DNA of 63,999 nucleotides, filler included, from Sanchytrium tribonematis (lineage: Eukaryota), in the NCBI GenBank assembly GCA_018985235.1. It is 22 parts of 22 records of this genome, joined end to end, with 100 filler letters (N's around TTAATTAATTAA, not from the genome) between each part and the next. Parts side by side here need not be neighbours in the genome. Positions count along the whole stretch, not along the records: positions 33,737 to 50,708 come from JADGIG010000128.1; positions 50,809 to 52,206 come from JADGIG010001298.1; positions 52,307 to 53,700 come from JADGIG010001299.1; positions 53,801 to 55,192 come from JADGIG010001300.1; positions 55,293 to 56,684 come from JADGIG010001301.1; 17 more parts are not named here. One strand, written 5' to 3'. The position numbers were made by a program, and so were the translations under genes. The notes beneath the pieces are model-generated. The model worked only from the letters and a program-made list of their open reading frames with translations, searched no databases and was not told where the DNA came from. Shown here piece by piece: positions 45,721-56,150 of the stretch (positions are counted from its first letter, which is position 1; each line of letters starts with the position of its first letter).

Positions 45721-47046
45721 TTATTGTGTCGGAAATAAAAATCTAATAAAGCTGTATACAATGTTGAACCACATGAGTAAAATTCCGTTTTCTTGAGAAA
45801 TGTCATGTTGCAAATCGTGATTAAATTGGCAATGGTAAAAATCTGATAAATCATTATAAAGTTCAAAACCACTTCTTTTGCAATCAAAATTTTTAAAATG
45901 ATTATTTTGACAAACAAAATATAGTCTTTTGATGGTAGTTATTTCTTCATGTAAGGACTTGATTACAGAAACATTAAGGTCTATTTGAGAAGCCCCAGAA
46001 TTGCAAATATCTTCTTGAGAATCCGACAAGCTAGTCAATTCGATTAATGAATTAATTGAAAGCGATCGCGTATTATACAGTGAAGAATGGGAAGTATTGT
46101 GGTGAAGCAGACTCTTTATGACAAAATCATGATCTGTCTGAGCTGAAACAGACTGGAAAGACCTAATACTTGCAGACCTTATCGGACGACAAACCATTTT
46201 TGCCGCAACGGAACCAAAAGAGAGAGTTTTTCTCGTATTGGCCGAATCTGATTCATTTCCAGATATGCATAAAATCAACGATATTATACAATCTTTTGTC
46301 AGATTTCCTTTCAATATATGTGTCAAAACTGAATTTCTATAAGGAATATATTTGTCATTTTTGACCAATGCTTGGATTACATTTCCAATTTGAAGCAAAG
46401 ATTTGTTAATATGCTTGGATTCTTGTAGCTTCTCACTATCACTTCTAGTTCCTGCCTTCACACAATTTTCGCTACCTGCTAAATCCCCAAATATCAATCT
46501 TGACTTTTGAGAAATTGATGAGACTGTAAAGCAATAAATAATATGACTTCTAGAAGAGTTACTGTTCAAATCGGTGCTGGAAAATCGCCGCTTTTGATGT
46601 ACCAACTTCATAGCAGTTTCAAATTCTTCGATAGTGTTTAGTCTCAATTTGCTAAGATTTGAAAGCCCTTTGGTGTACTTGCCCGCCAAAAGATCGATAG
46701 AGGAATCATTGTAGACCTCTAATACAGACAATTCAAGACTCTTTGCCAAATTCAGAAGCTTTGTTGCACTTTGGCTAATTATTGAGTTTGATGTGTAGGT
46801 CTTCCCACTGTTAGATGCTCCATAACATAGAAGAGTCGCATTATAGCCATCCAACGAACTTTCAACAAGACTCGAGCAAGTCTCTTTAAAAACCACTTCG
46901 TTTTCGCCAGGTGAAAAGACTTTTTCAAATGCAAAAGTCAAAGTATCCTTTTTAGATGAAATAGAGATAGAATTTTCTTTTATAAGCAAGTTATTATTGC
47001 AATTTTTACTTTTAGGTTTTTCTCTGACATAAACTTTGCATGACAT
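45721..47046 (-). CDS. Divergent kinesin motor protein
   Basis: GYNATLLCYGASNSGKTYT, NSNSSRSH, DLAGSE, HINKSL, IPYRNSVLT. Confidence 0.9.
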   Translation of the reverse strand: MSCKVYVREKPKSKNCNNNLLIKENSISISSKKDTLTFAFEKVFSPGENEVVFKETCSSLVESSLDGYNATLLCYGASNSGKTYTSNSIISQSATKLLNLAKSLELSVLEVYNDSSIDLLAGKYTKGLSNLSKLRLNTIEEFETAMKLVHQKRRFSSTDLNSNSSRSHIIYCFTVSSISQKSRLIFGDLAGSENCVKAGTRSDSEKLQESKHINKSLLQIGNVIQALVKNDKYIPYRNSVLTHILKGNLTKDCIISLILCISGNESDSANTRKTLSFGSVAAKMVCRPIRSASIRSFQSVSAQTDHDFVIKSLLHHNTSHSSLYNTRSLSINSLIELTSLSDSQEDICNSGASQIDLNVSVIKSLHEEITTIKRLYFVCQNNHFKNFDCKRSGFELYNDLSDFYHCQFNHDLQHDISQENGILLMWFNIVYSFIRFLFPTQ

Positions 47047-47109
47047 CTAAATTTAGTTTTAGAATTGAAAGATGGACCTCAAAAAAACTCAATTTTTCCT
47101 TGTATCACC

Positions 47110-48466
47110 ATGAGCTCAGCCGGATTTATTAATTTTGTAAACAAGTCCTTAACACCGTTCCATGCAGTATCTGAGATCATTTCAAAGCTAGAAACTTGCG
47201 GATTTCAAAAGCTCAAGCAACATGCAAAGTGGAATTTGCAGCAATTTGGTAAATACTACGTTACTATAAACTCAAGCTGCATAATTGCTTTTACCACAGG
47301 TGACAACACTCAGCAAACATTTGCTATGGTAGGCGCGCATACAGATAGTCCTTGTTTAAGGTTGAAGCCAAATTCATTTAAAAATAAGGAAAATTATTCA
47401 CAACTTGGAGTGCAGGTGTATGGTGGTGGATTGTGGCACACTTGGTTCGATAGAGATCTTGGTTTAAGTGGAAGAATATTTGTTAGATCTAATTCGTCAT
47501 TAGTTCAAAAATTAATTACAATCAATGAGCCAATTTTAAAAATTCCAAATTTGGCCATTCACTTGGATCGAAGTGTGAAAGATGGATTCCAATTCAATAC
47601 CGAATCACATTTGGTCCCTATTCTGTCAGTTTCCCCCGGAGAGCCTTCTCAAAACGCTCCTAAACAACTTCTTGAATTGATAGCAACACATGCTAATGTG
47701 AAATCAGAGGACATTGTCGAAACTGACCTGTATCTTCATGATGTTCAACCAGCCACCATCGGAGGAATTAACAAAGATATGATTTTTGCGCCAAGATGTG
47801 ACAATCTTGGAATGTCGTACTGCTCCTTGGAAGCTTTGTCTCAATTTGCAAATTCAGATGACTTCAAGAAAGCCAAAGGTGTCAACTTGTTTGTAGCATT
47901 TGACAACGAAGAAGTCGGGTCCTTATCTGTGGCCGGTGCAGATTCACAAAGAATCCAAAATGTATTGCAAGAAATTTGCGACTCATTAAAGTGGCAATTT
48001 GAGCAAACAATTTCAAAGAGTTTTTTTATATCTGCTGATATGGCTCATGCTGTTCACCCCAATTATCCTGTTTAATTTGCTAATATAGGAAAAACATGAA
48101 GACAACCATAGACCTAAAATGAATCAAGGTGTTGTTATCAAGTATAATGCAAATCAAAGATATGCCACAAATGCTTTTACATCTTCTGTTCTCAAAGAAT
48201 GTGCTCACAAATACACGTCGACTCACAACAAAGACATCAAGTTGCAGTCATTTGTAGTTAGAAACGATTCGCCTTGTGGATCCACTATTGGGCCAATAAC
48301 TGCGGGGCAATTGGGCATTCATACAATTGATATTGGTTGCCCGCAATTGGGAATGCACTCTATTAGAGAAACCATGGGAACTGATGATATTGAGTATGGT
48401 ACAAATTTGATTAAAAGTGTCTTTGTTCATTATAATACAGTTGCCCGGAATTACGAGTTTGAATAA
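47110..48466 (+). CDS. APE4: Aspartyl aminopeptidase (M18), 2 exons
   Basis: GAHTDSP, WFDRDL, FDNEEVGS, SADMAHAVHPNY, CGSTIGP, MHSIRE. Confidence 0.95.
48070..48088 (+). other. 19-nt intron GTTTAATTTGCTAATATAG
   Basis: Restores HPNYPEKHEDNHRP. Confidence 0.93.
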
Positions 48467-48477
48467 AAGATTATTTA

Positions 48478-49082
48478 TTACTGCAAGCAAGGGTAAAGAG
48501 AAACCAAGGTTGAGGACAATTGAGAATATGCCTTTTCTAAATCATCGTTTACAATAGTAGAATCAAATTTTTTGCCGCTAGCCCATTCTAATTCTCGCTT
48601 TGCAATTTCCAATCTGCTTTTGATTGAATCATCATCATCAGTGTCTCTGGCTCTAAGGCGTTTCTCCAAAACCTCTAGAGAAGGAGCCTTAATAAATATT
48701 AAGACTGGATTCATATTTGTGTTAGCTAGTTGATCAACGCCCTGAGAATCAATGTCTAATACACAAATTTTTCCTTGCTTCATTATAGCCTCAACAGCTC
48801 CAAAAGATGTGCCGTAGTTATTTCCGGAATATACAGCGTTCTCAATAAATTGATTATCTGATATCAATTTTTGAAATTCTTCTTTGGTTACGAAATTATA
48901 GTGTACTTTGTTTTCTTCTCCCTGTCTTGGTTTTCTAGTTGTATGGCTGACTGAAAATCCAAATTTGTCTGGAAAGGCTGCAAAAAGTTTCTTAATAAAA
49001 GTTGATTTTCCAACCTAAATAAATACCAAGTTACACCAGAGGGTCCGAGCAATACAAGAGGACGAACAACTTGCGAAGACAT
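48478..49082 (-). CDS. GUK1: Guanylate kinase (2 exons)
   Basis: Spliced P-loop GPSGVGKST, SVSHTTRKPR.GE, GNNYGT, LDID.QG. Confidence 0.95.
49015..49034 (-). other. 20-nt intron GTAACTTGGTATTTATTTAG
   Basis: Interrupts the P-loop; removal gives GPSG|VGKST. Confidence 0.93.
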
Positions 49083-49105
49083 TAAACAAAGGGGATCCCG
49101 CAAAT

Positions 49106-50708
49106 TTATTCAAACTCACGACTATTTGCTTTAGTTTTGGTGTAATAAAGTGTTCCAAAATAACCAACGAGAAGGATCATCATTCCTATTTGCACACTAT
49201 TCCGATCGAAATGATCAGGTATCTCATCAAAACTGCCACTGGGGTGTATTTTTGTGTAGTAGATATCTGTGCCTAATGCTATTATATGTGATTGTGACTC
49301 TCTCAGAGCAGGATTTGAGATTATCTTTGTTATTCCTATTAATTTCTCTGAATTGAACGCATTGGCACTGATAAAAGGATGAGAATCGGCTGCATTGGGC
49401 TTATAAGAAGAAAGATCTACACTAGTTTTGGGGATTTTTGACAATTGACCTACATGTGAAGAATATACTAAATAAATTGTAAATACGGACTATGTCTCTA
49501 AAGGCCACTCCTTTCTTTGTTTGAGATACAACACTTGTTGTAAAAGGACCTTTTTCTAGAATCACTTGTCTCATTTTTATCTTCGGATTTTCGATATTTT
49601 CATAATTCCAAGCAGCAGGAGGCGTGGTGCTAAACAACATCTCATAAATAGCTGCAACGGAATGAACATAATCTTCTCGCGTATTCTGGTAAGTCAAATA
49701 CAAAAAATTTTCTGATACTGCCAACGAAAATGGGCCTTGAGCATTATCAAGTTTGGCAAATATAAATGATCTTCCACTCAATCCATCTACTCCCCATACA
49801 ATTAACTTCTTGGCTCCTGCATTGTACCACAAATAGCCTCTTAAGTGTGGTGGGCTGAATTTAATTTCGTCACCTACAACATACTTTGCGATTCGATCAA
49901 ATTGTGACCTTTGAGCGCTCTTGACTAATTTGTAACCATTAGGAATTGGCATTTCCCAGCTAACGACAAGCTTTCCATTGACTTTATTTAAGCCTCTAAT
50001 TTTTGTATTTGATTCCAAAACTTCCACCCCATCATTTTCACCAACTATAGCTAAATTATCTCCTTTTTTTACAATACTTTTATCTAATATGACTTTATCC
50101 ATAACAAGAGACCCTTGAAATTGGCTTAGTTGTACCAGGACTGACGTTTTACCAGATTTCCCAGAAACATAAATTAAATCTTTTATGGCGAAAATGCTAC
50201 TTGCTTCGAAATCCATTAATTGCTTTTCATCAGAAAAAATTAGTTTGCGAATTAATGAGCCTTGAGGAGAAATGATGTATAAAACAGGCGACTTCGGTCC
50301 AGAAAGTAATAGAAGGAATTCTATATTTTTGGGTTTTACAGTTTCGAAAGAAATTTGCCCTGTAATAATTTTCAGGTGAGTCATATATCTATCAATTAGT
50401 GCACTTAGCACATCTTCGTGTTCGAGCTTGTTTTTCATAGTTTTTGGAGAACCTTGTTCAAAATAAAGTGCATCGATGGAATTAGTCATTCCTTGTTCGA
50501 TGGTCCACTTAGTAACACCATCTTTTGTAATCAAATTCATCGAGCCACAGCTTTTAATGGCAAGGTAACTGCTTTGTAATTGAAATGCTTTCTTTATAGC
50601 GCAATCAGATTGATATTTAATACTTCCAAAATTGTAACTATTTCCACTTTTAGTAATTTTTAAATCTCTGCTAGAAGGTTCAGCCACAAAATTCTCTTCA
50701 GAGCTCTT
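49106..50708 (-). CDS. EMC1: ER membrane protein complex subunit 1, 5'-partial, one intron
   Basis: SENFLYLTY, TKKGVAFRDI, SNPALRES...ALGTDIYYT..PSGSFD.I...F, C-terminal TM. Confidence 0.85.
49468..49486 (-). other. 19-nt intron GTATTTACAATTTATTTAG
   Basis: Joins RDIV to LYSSHVGQLSKIPK in frame. Confidence 0.88.
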
Positions 50709-50808
50709 NNNNNNNNNNNNNNNNNNNNNNNNNNNNNNNNNNNNNNNNNNNNTTAATTAATTAANNNNNNNNNNNNNNNNNNNNNNNNNNNNNNNNNNNN
50801 NNNNNNNN

Positions 50809-51755
50809 GCTTTATTAAATAACATCCCAGCACTGCATCATTTCTCCGAGAACAGAGCATTCGTAAATAAATTGCAAGCAGTTGGATTATTCTTTAAAGA
50901 AGGATTTTGCCCATCCAATCCAGATCATGGTCTCTTAACGTTTTATGAATGTAAGTATAAAGCAGACAAATGCTTTTGGAGATGTAGAAAGTGTAAAAAA
51001 GTGGTAGGAGTACGTTCAGGATCATTGTTTTCTTATGGCTAATTGCCATTAAATATTTGCGCAATTTTACTCAAAAAGTTTTACCAGAAAGAGATGGCAC
51101 TACTAACAGCACTAAATTTGGGTATCAACTACAATACCGTGCTGATGTATTATAAAAGATTCCGTCATTATGAGCAAGAAGCATTTCGCCAAATCTTCCA
51201 ACCCATTGGTGGTCCGGGGATTACAATCGAAATAGATGAGGCCCTATTTCGAAAGCGGAAATATAATCGTGGTAGGGCAAAGTGCACGTTTTGGATACTG
51301 GGTATGGTTTGCCGCTCTACTGGCAAGACCATTTTGATCCCTGTTTTAAACAGAAAAATGAAAACATTGAAGTTCTTTATTGAGAAATGCGTACTTCCAG
51401 GCACCATTATTAATACTGATTGTTGGGCAGGCTATAATTTCATATCATCACATCCAAACAATTACACACATCATAAGATAAATCATTCTTTGCCAGGAGT
51501 TGGGCGATTTGTTGATGTTAATAACCCAGAAATACGCACTCAAATGATTGAAAGTAGATGGCATGATTTGCGTTTGCATTTACCTCAATATGGTGTTGAT
51601 TTGGATAATATTGGACTAATTTAGACATAATAGCAAATGGTATTACATACAGCGGTGCTGGTTATGAAGTTGTTGAAGATGAATTGGTGCCAATTAATGA
51701 TGATGAATTACATAACGTGCCAGTAATAGAAGAAAATGAACTGAATGAGTATTAA
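50809..51755 (+). mobile_element. Merlin / IS1595 (ISXO2)-family DDE transposase, pseudogenised
   Basis: Zn-ribbon CP...WRCRKC, IGGPG..IEIDE, RKYNRGR, PGTIINTDCWAGY, NHS, TQMIESRW; in-frame TAA at 51040. Confidence 0.88.
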
Positions 51756-53136
51756 TAAGTAATAAATAAATATATATAATATATTTGATTGTTTTAAAGT
51801 CTTCTAAAATACATTGGATATTGAATACCCGATGTTGTTTCAAGGGATCATTGTACAACAAAAACTAGATGTTGTACAAATAAAACTATAATAAAATCGT
51901 GTTTTATATCAAAAATAAAATCGAAAATATGTTTTTTGATTGTTTATATATGGTATTGAATCATTAGTGACTTGACAAATATCAATTTTGCAACTCAAAT
52001 TTTACAAAATTTAAAAATTTATCTTTATGAATTCAATATTCTCATAAACTTGATTATATTCAATAAAAAGGGCTTTTTTAGAGCATTCTAAAAATACCCA
52101 ACATCAATACTTTTGCAACAAAAATGAAATGTGTAGAGAGGAAAAAAGGCAAATTTGCCATGACGTTTCAAACGTCAAACCAATCAGTTTTAAAGTTATC
52201 TGGACGNNNNNNNNNNNNNNNNNNNNNNNNNNNNNNNNNNNNNNNNNNNNTTAATTAATTAANNNNNNNNNNNNNNNNNNNNNNNNNNNNNNNNNNNNNN
52301 NNNNNNAGATCAGAGCCAGTTGCAGCACATTTTAATTGACTATTGGCTACTGAGCACGTAATAGTGCGATGGATGACAGTGACTACGCCATTTTCTTCAG
52401 TTCTGCGTGAATTGATCATTTGTGTAGATCATTGATACAGGTGGACTTGCTTTGCTTTTTATGTAGCTTGAAGTCTATTAATAGACACTGTGTCCAATCA
52501 AATAAATCAAGAATTTCTGAATGTTCTAAAAGTCATTTATTCAAATCACGCTGCTTTTAACAAGTCAAATGCATGACTCATTATCACAACTGTCTGACTT
52601 TCCAATTTTTTGTTCAAATCAATCACAAAATCCATTAATGCACAATACACAGCAGCAAATGACAAAATGGCAATTTGACAAATAAAATAAGAAGTTCCTC
52701 CCAAAATACTTAACAAGGTGCTAGACAAGACTACTAAAAATGTGACAATTATAGTCATAATACTAATTTTTCGTAGTCTTTGCTGCCTCGCATCTTTTTT
52801 GCCACCTTGATTTTTGATATTTTCAAGTCTAATTCTTTTTAGGGATATGTTCTGCCAATTGAGACTATTTCCTGGGACAAATTGTCCCCAATTTTATTAA
52901 TAAAAGTTTTTATAAGCCATTTTTTGGACGCGTTTTTACAGAAAATTTTGAAATATTGCATTTTAAAAATAAAATTAGGGATTTTTATCCCATAATATTT
53001 TAAAGCGTTAAATTGGGATAAATACTTAATATATATTTATTACTGGCGTCTTCTCTCTCTGACGTCTTCAGCTGCAGTTCTCCAGCTAATTTGGTTGATT
53101 CTTCTTCTTCTAATTGTTTTAGTTCTTAACAGAAAA

Positions 53137-53700
53137 CTAAGATTTTCGGAGTTCAACATCAACGTCATAACAGCATTGACATCTTGAATGAGCTTCTAAA
53201 AATTTCATAATAACTTGAAAATCACAAAATCGCTTTCTTGTATTCAAATTCGGAATATGCTGCGGTAGAATCAAACGGTACGGAGAAATGTGATGTTGAG
53301 GATCTCCAATGCACCATAACTGAAAACCAATGAGAATATTCACAGAGGGAATCTTAAAAGTTGCTGGCAATTCACGTCCCATAAAACTCCACAAATTGTT
53401 TTCTTGTCTTTCAGCAGCTGGTTGTTCAATTGGGGCACTATTATTGCCACTATTTATTTGTTGAATGGCGTCGATCACACCATTTTGATTTAAAATTTCT
53501 AAAACAGACTGTTTTAATAAATCAGTCAAACCATCCCTAGTAACTGTTCCTGCACCAATTGCGCGCTCTTCAAGTTCATTTATTATCATTTGAGCTGTAT
53601 CATTGGATGATTTCTCAAGTGCTGGTAATATTTTTAGAATACTCTCATTTAAAGTAACCAAATTATTGATGATATTTACAAAAGGTGGTATTCCGGTAGC
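53137..53700 (-). mobile_element. Crypton-like (tyrosine-recombinase transposon) protein, C-terminal fragment
   Basis: ATGIPPFV, then LP..F.IP, QLWCIGD...PYR.I, RKRFCD...M, recalled from Crypton-associated ORFs; recombinase core not in the contig. Confidence 0.45.
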
Positions 53701-53800
53701 NNNNNNNNNNNNNNNNNNNNNNNNNNNNNNNNNNNNNNNNNNNNTTAATTAATTAANNNNNNNNNNNNNNNNNNNNNNNNNNNNNNNNNNNNNNNNNNNN

Positions 53801-55192
53801 AAGACGCAAGCTTAGTGGGAATAGGAGCAGTGCTTTCACAGGACAAACGACCGGTATGGTTCATATCAAGAAGTCTTACACCAGCCGAAAGAAACTATGA
53901 TGTAAGAGAAAAAGAGTGCCTAGCAATACTATACGCCTTAGATAAGTTCCGTTCGTTCCTTTACGGGAAAGCGGTTACTATATTTACAGATCATGGAAAC
54001 CTTAGATGGCTTTTTGATCAAAATCAATCAGGCAGACTAGCAAGATGGGTATGTAAACTACAGCAATATGATATAACAATTGCATACATACCAGGGAAAG
54101 AAAATTCTGTAGCTGATGCGCTTAGTCGCTATGGCTATGAAGCACAGTCTAGATTAAATATGATTACAAGGTCAAAAACTAATAAGACTGCATCAGAATC
54201 AGTAGAGGCACCAACAACAGTGGATCTCACAAATGAAAAATTCGAGAAACCATTGAATATTTCAGCCATGAAAAACGTGGACTGGGAAGAGGAGCAGGCG
54301 AAGGATTTAATCCTTCAAAAGACTGCAAGAATCAAAACTTCTAAGTTTAAAATCCTCAACAATATCATATATAGGATTTCAGATAAAGGCAGGGCAAAAA
54401 TTGTAGTGCCAGAACATATGAAAGATACTATGATAGCTCTAGCACACGAAAATTCCATATCTGTCCATCCAGGTAAGCAGCAAACTAGCTTATATTTAAG
54501 GGACTATTGGTTTAAGAATAGGTCTAGAAGGATCGAGGAATATATTAGAAAATGCAAAACATGTCTACTTGCTAGACCACCATCAATCAATTAGCACTAT
54601 GAATTCCGCATACCAATGGATGCGTTAGACAGAATTCATATCGGCATTAAGGGGCCATACCAAATCGATCCAGATAACATGGATGACTGTCGATATATGT
54701 TAACAATATTAGACGATTGCACAAGATTCTTTAATGCAATACCCTTGCATAATACAAAAGCCGAGGATGTAATACAAGCATTAAATCGAAATTGGAGTCA
54801 ATTTCTGTCCAAGGAGTTTTCTACATACGTGGAATATTTAAATTGCATTGTGCAAAAGACAGCTTCATACTGTCACTTTCTAAATCCAGTAGAAAGATAC
54901 CATAGAACTATGGATAACAAAATCAGAGCTCTCCGACATATGTCAGGAAAATCATGGACAGATTCTCTACACTGGGCAATTCTGAGTATAAATAACGCCA
55001 CTAATTCGTCAACAGGGCAGTCCCCAGCTAGGCTATTATTTGGAAAGGATATAAATCCATTAACATTAAATAGAACCAAAGATAAGCCAGATATAACAAT
55101 ATTGAGGGACCAAGCTAAAACAACAGCATATGCCCACAGAAACAAGCGCTTGTCTAAAACAAACACAAAGAGATCAAAATTAAATTTAAAAC
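53801..55192 (+). mobile_element. Ty3/Gypsy pol fragment (RNase H-integrase), degenerate
   Basis: DASLVGIGAVLSQ, ERNY...EKECLA, TDH, RLARW, ADALSR, H-H-C-C zinc finger, NPVER; stop and frameshift at ~54594, core deletion. Confidence 0.93.
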
Positions 55193-55293
55193 NNNNNNNN
55201 NNNNNNNNNNNNNNNNNNNNNNNNNNNNNNNNNNNNTTAATTAATTAANNNNNNNNNNNNNNNNNNNNNNNNNNNNNNNNNNNNNNNNNNNNG

Positions 55294-55371
55294 ATTAAAG
55301 TGATTTCAAATGTTTCAAAAAATGAGAGTGGCAAATTCTTTCATCGGGATGGGCAGGAGTTGCCGTGGTGA
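55294..55371 (+). CDS. C-terminus of a CsgA/C-factor-like SDR (copy 1)
   Basis: IKVISNVSKNESGKFFHRDGQELPW-stop, the typical G.F...DG..LPW end. Confidence 0.8.
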   Translation: MKVISNVSKNESGKFFHRDGQELPW

Positions 55372-55387
55372 TTTCAATAAATGATTG
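55296..55387 (+). repeat. 92-bp perfect inverted repeat, left arm (partner 56593-56684)
   Basis: Base-by-base reverse-complement identity. Confidence 0.95.
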
Positions 55388-55602
55388 GGATGACTATTAC
55401 ATGAATATTATGCATTTTTCCCCAAGTCTGTTCGGATATTGATTAACCAATTATATTACTGCAAAATTGTTTGCTCACAATCTTGCAAATTGGCAAACAG
55501 AGTCATTGCACCAATAAAGGACTCGAGGGCAATGACTTGCAGTTCTAAGAAACCAATGAAGATATCTTCTTGAATATTTAAAGAGACATCCCAATGCAGC
55601 AC

Positions 55603-55866
55603 ATGTTATTCGTTTTGTTTTTAACTTCAGTCTTTGCTGATAGTTGGGATGAATGTAAACAAATTTTATCTGACCAAGGTTATTCATCTAAAAGGTGGGA
55701 TTATTGGTATTACCTGACTTGTTGTGTTAGTGGTGACTATAATGATGACAAGACTAAAGGGAACGGGAAGAAGTTGTCCATACGTGCCAAAAAGAAAATA
55801 GCAAAATGTGCTTTCAAAGCATACAAATCCAAAAGCCCAGGTATTGAGCTATTAAAATGTATGTAA
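55603..55866 (+). CDS. Small secreted Cys/Trp/Tyr-rich cationic peptide A
   Basis: Leader MLFVLFLTSVFA; upstream TATTTAAA; paralogue on the opposite strand. Confidence 0.75.
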   Translation: MLFVLFLTSVFADSWDECKQILSDQGYSSKRWDYWYYLTCCVSGDYNDDKTKGNGKKLSIRAKKKIAKCAFKAYKSKSPGIELLKCM

Positions 55867-56150
55867 ATAAAGGCTTTATCACTAAAGACTTAATTTAAGT
55901 CGCGAATTTTTAGCCCAAAATCATACAAATATTTGTCCAAATAGGAGTCCTATCTCACATGGGTCAAGTTATTAGTTGTGGCTGGTCAAATATGAACTAT
56001 GTAAAAGCAAAATACAATTTCAAAGGCAGCAAAAAAGAGTTTACCAATAAAATTTAGAAAAGTCGAACTCTTAAAGTTCAATAAAACGCAAATTTATGGA
56101 ATTATCTGTTATCGAAAATTCCGAAGACCAAAAGGAAATATTTATTCAAT

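Noticed and set aside
2210..49444. Programmed frameshifting or pseudogenisation as the explanation for split housekeeping ORFs
   Set aside because: Each break is resolved by a GT-AG segment of 19-20 nt sharing one consensus.
51040..51042. In-frame TAA in the transposase suggesting stop-codon reassignment (TAR=Gln)
   Set aside because: TAA terminates the conserved genes at expected positions and none needs readthrough; the element is simply decayed.
51850..51879. Hairpin TTGTACAAC...GTTGTACAA as a terminator or element end
   Set aside because: Short and AT-rich with no partner end in the contig; it cannot be assigned.
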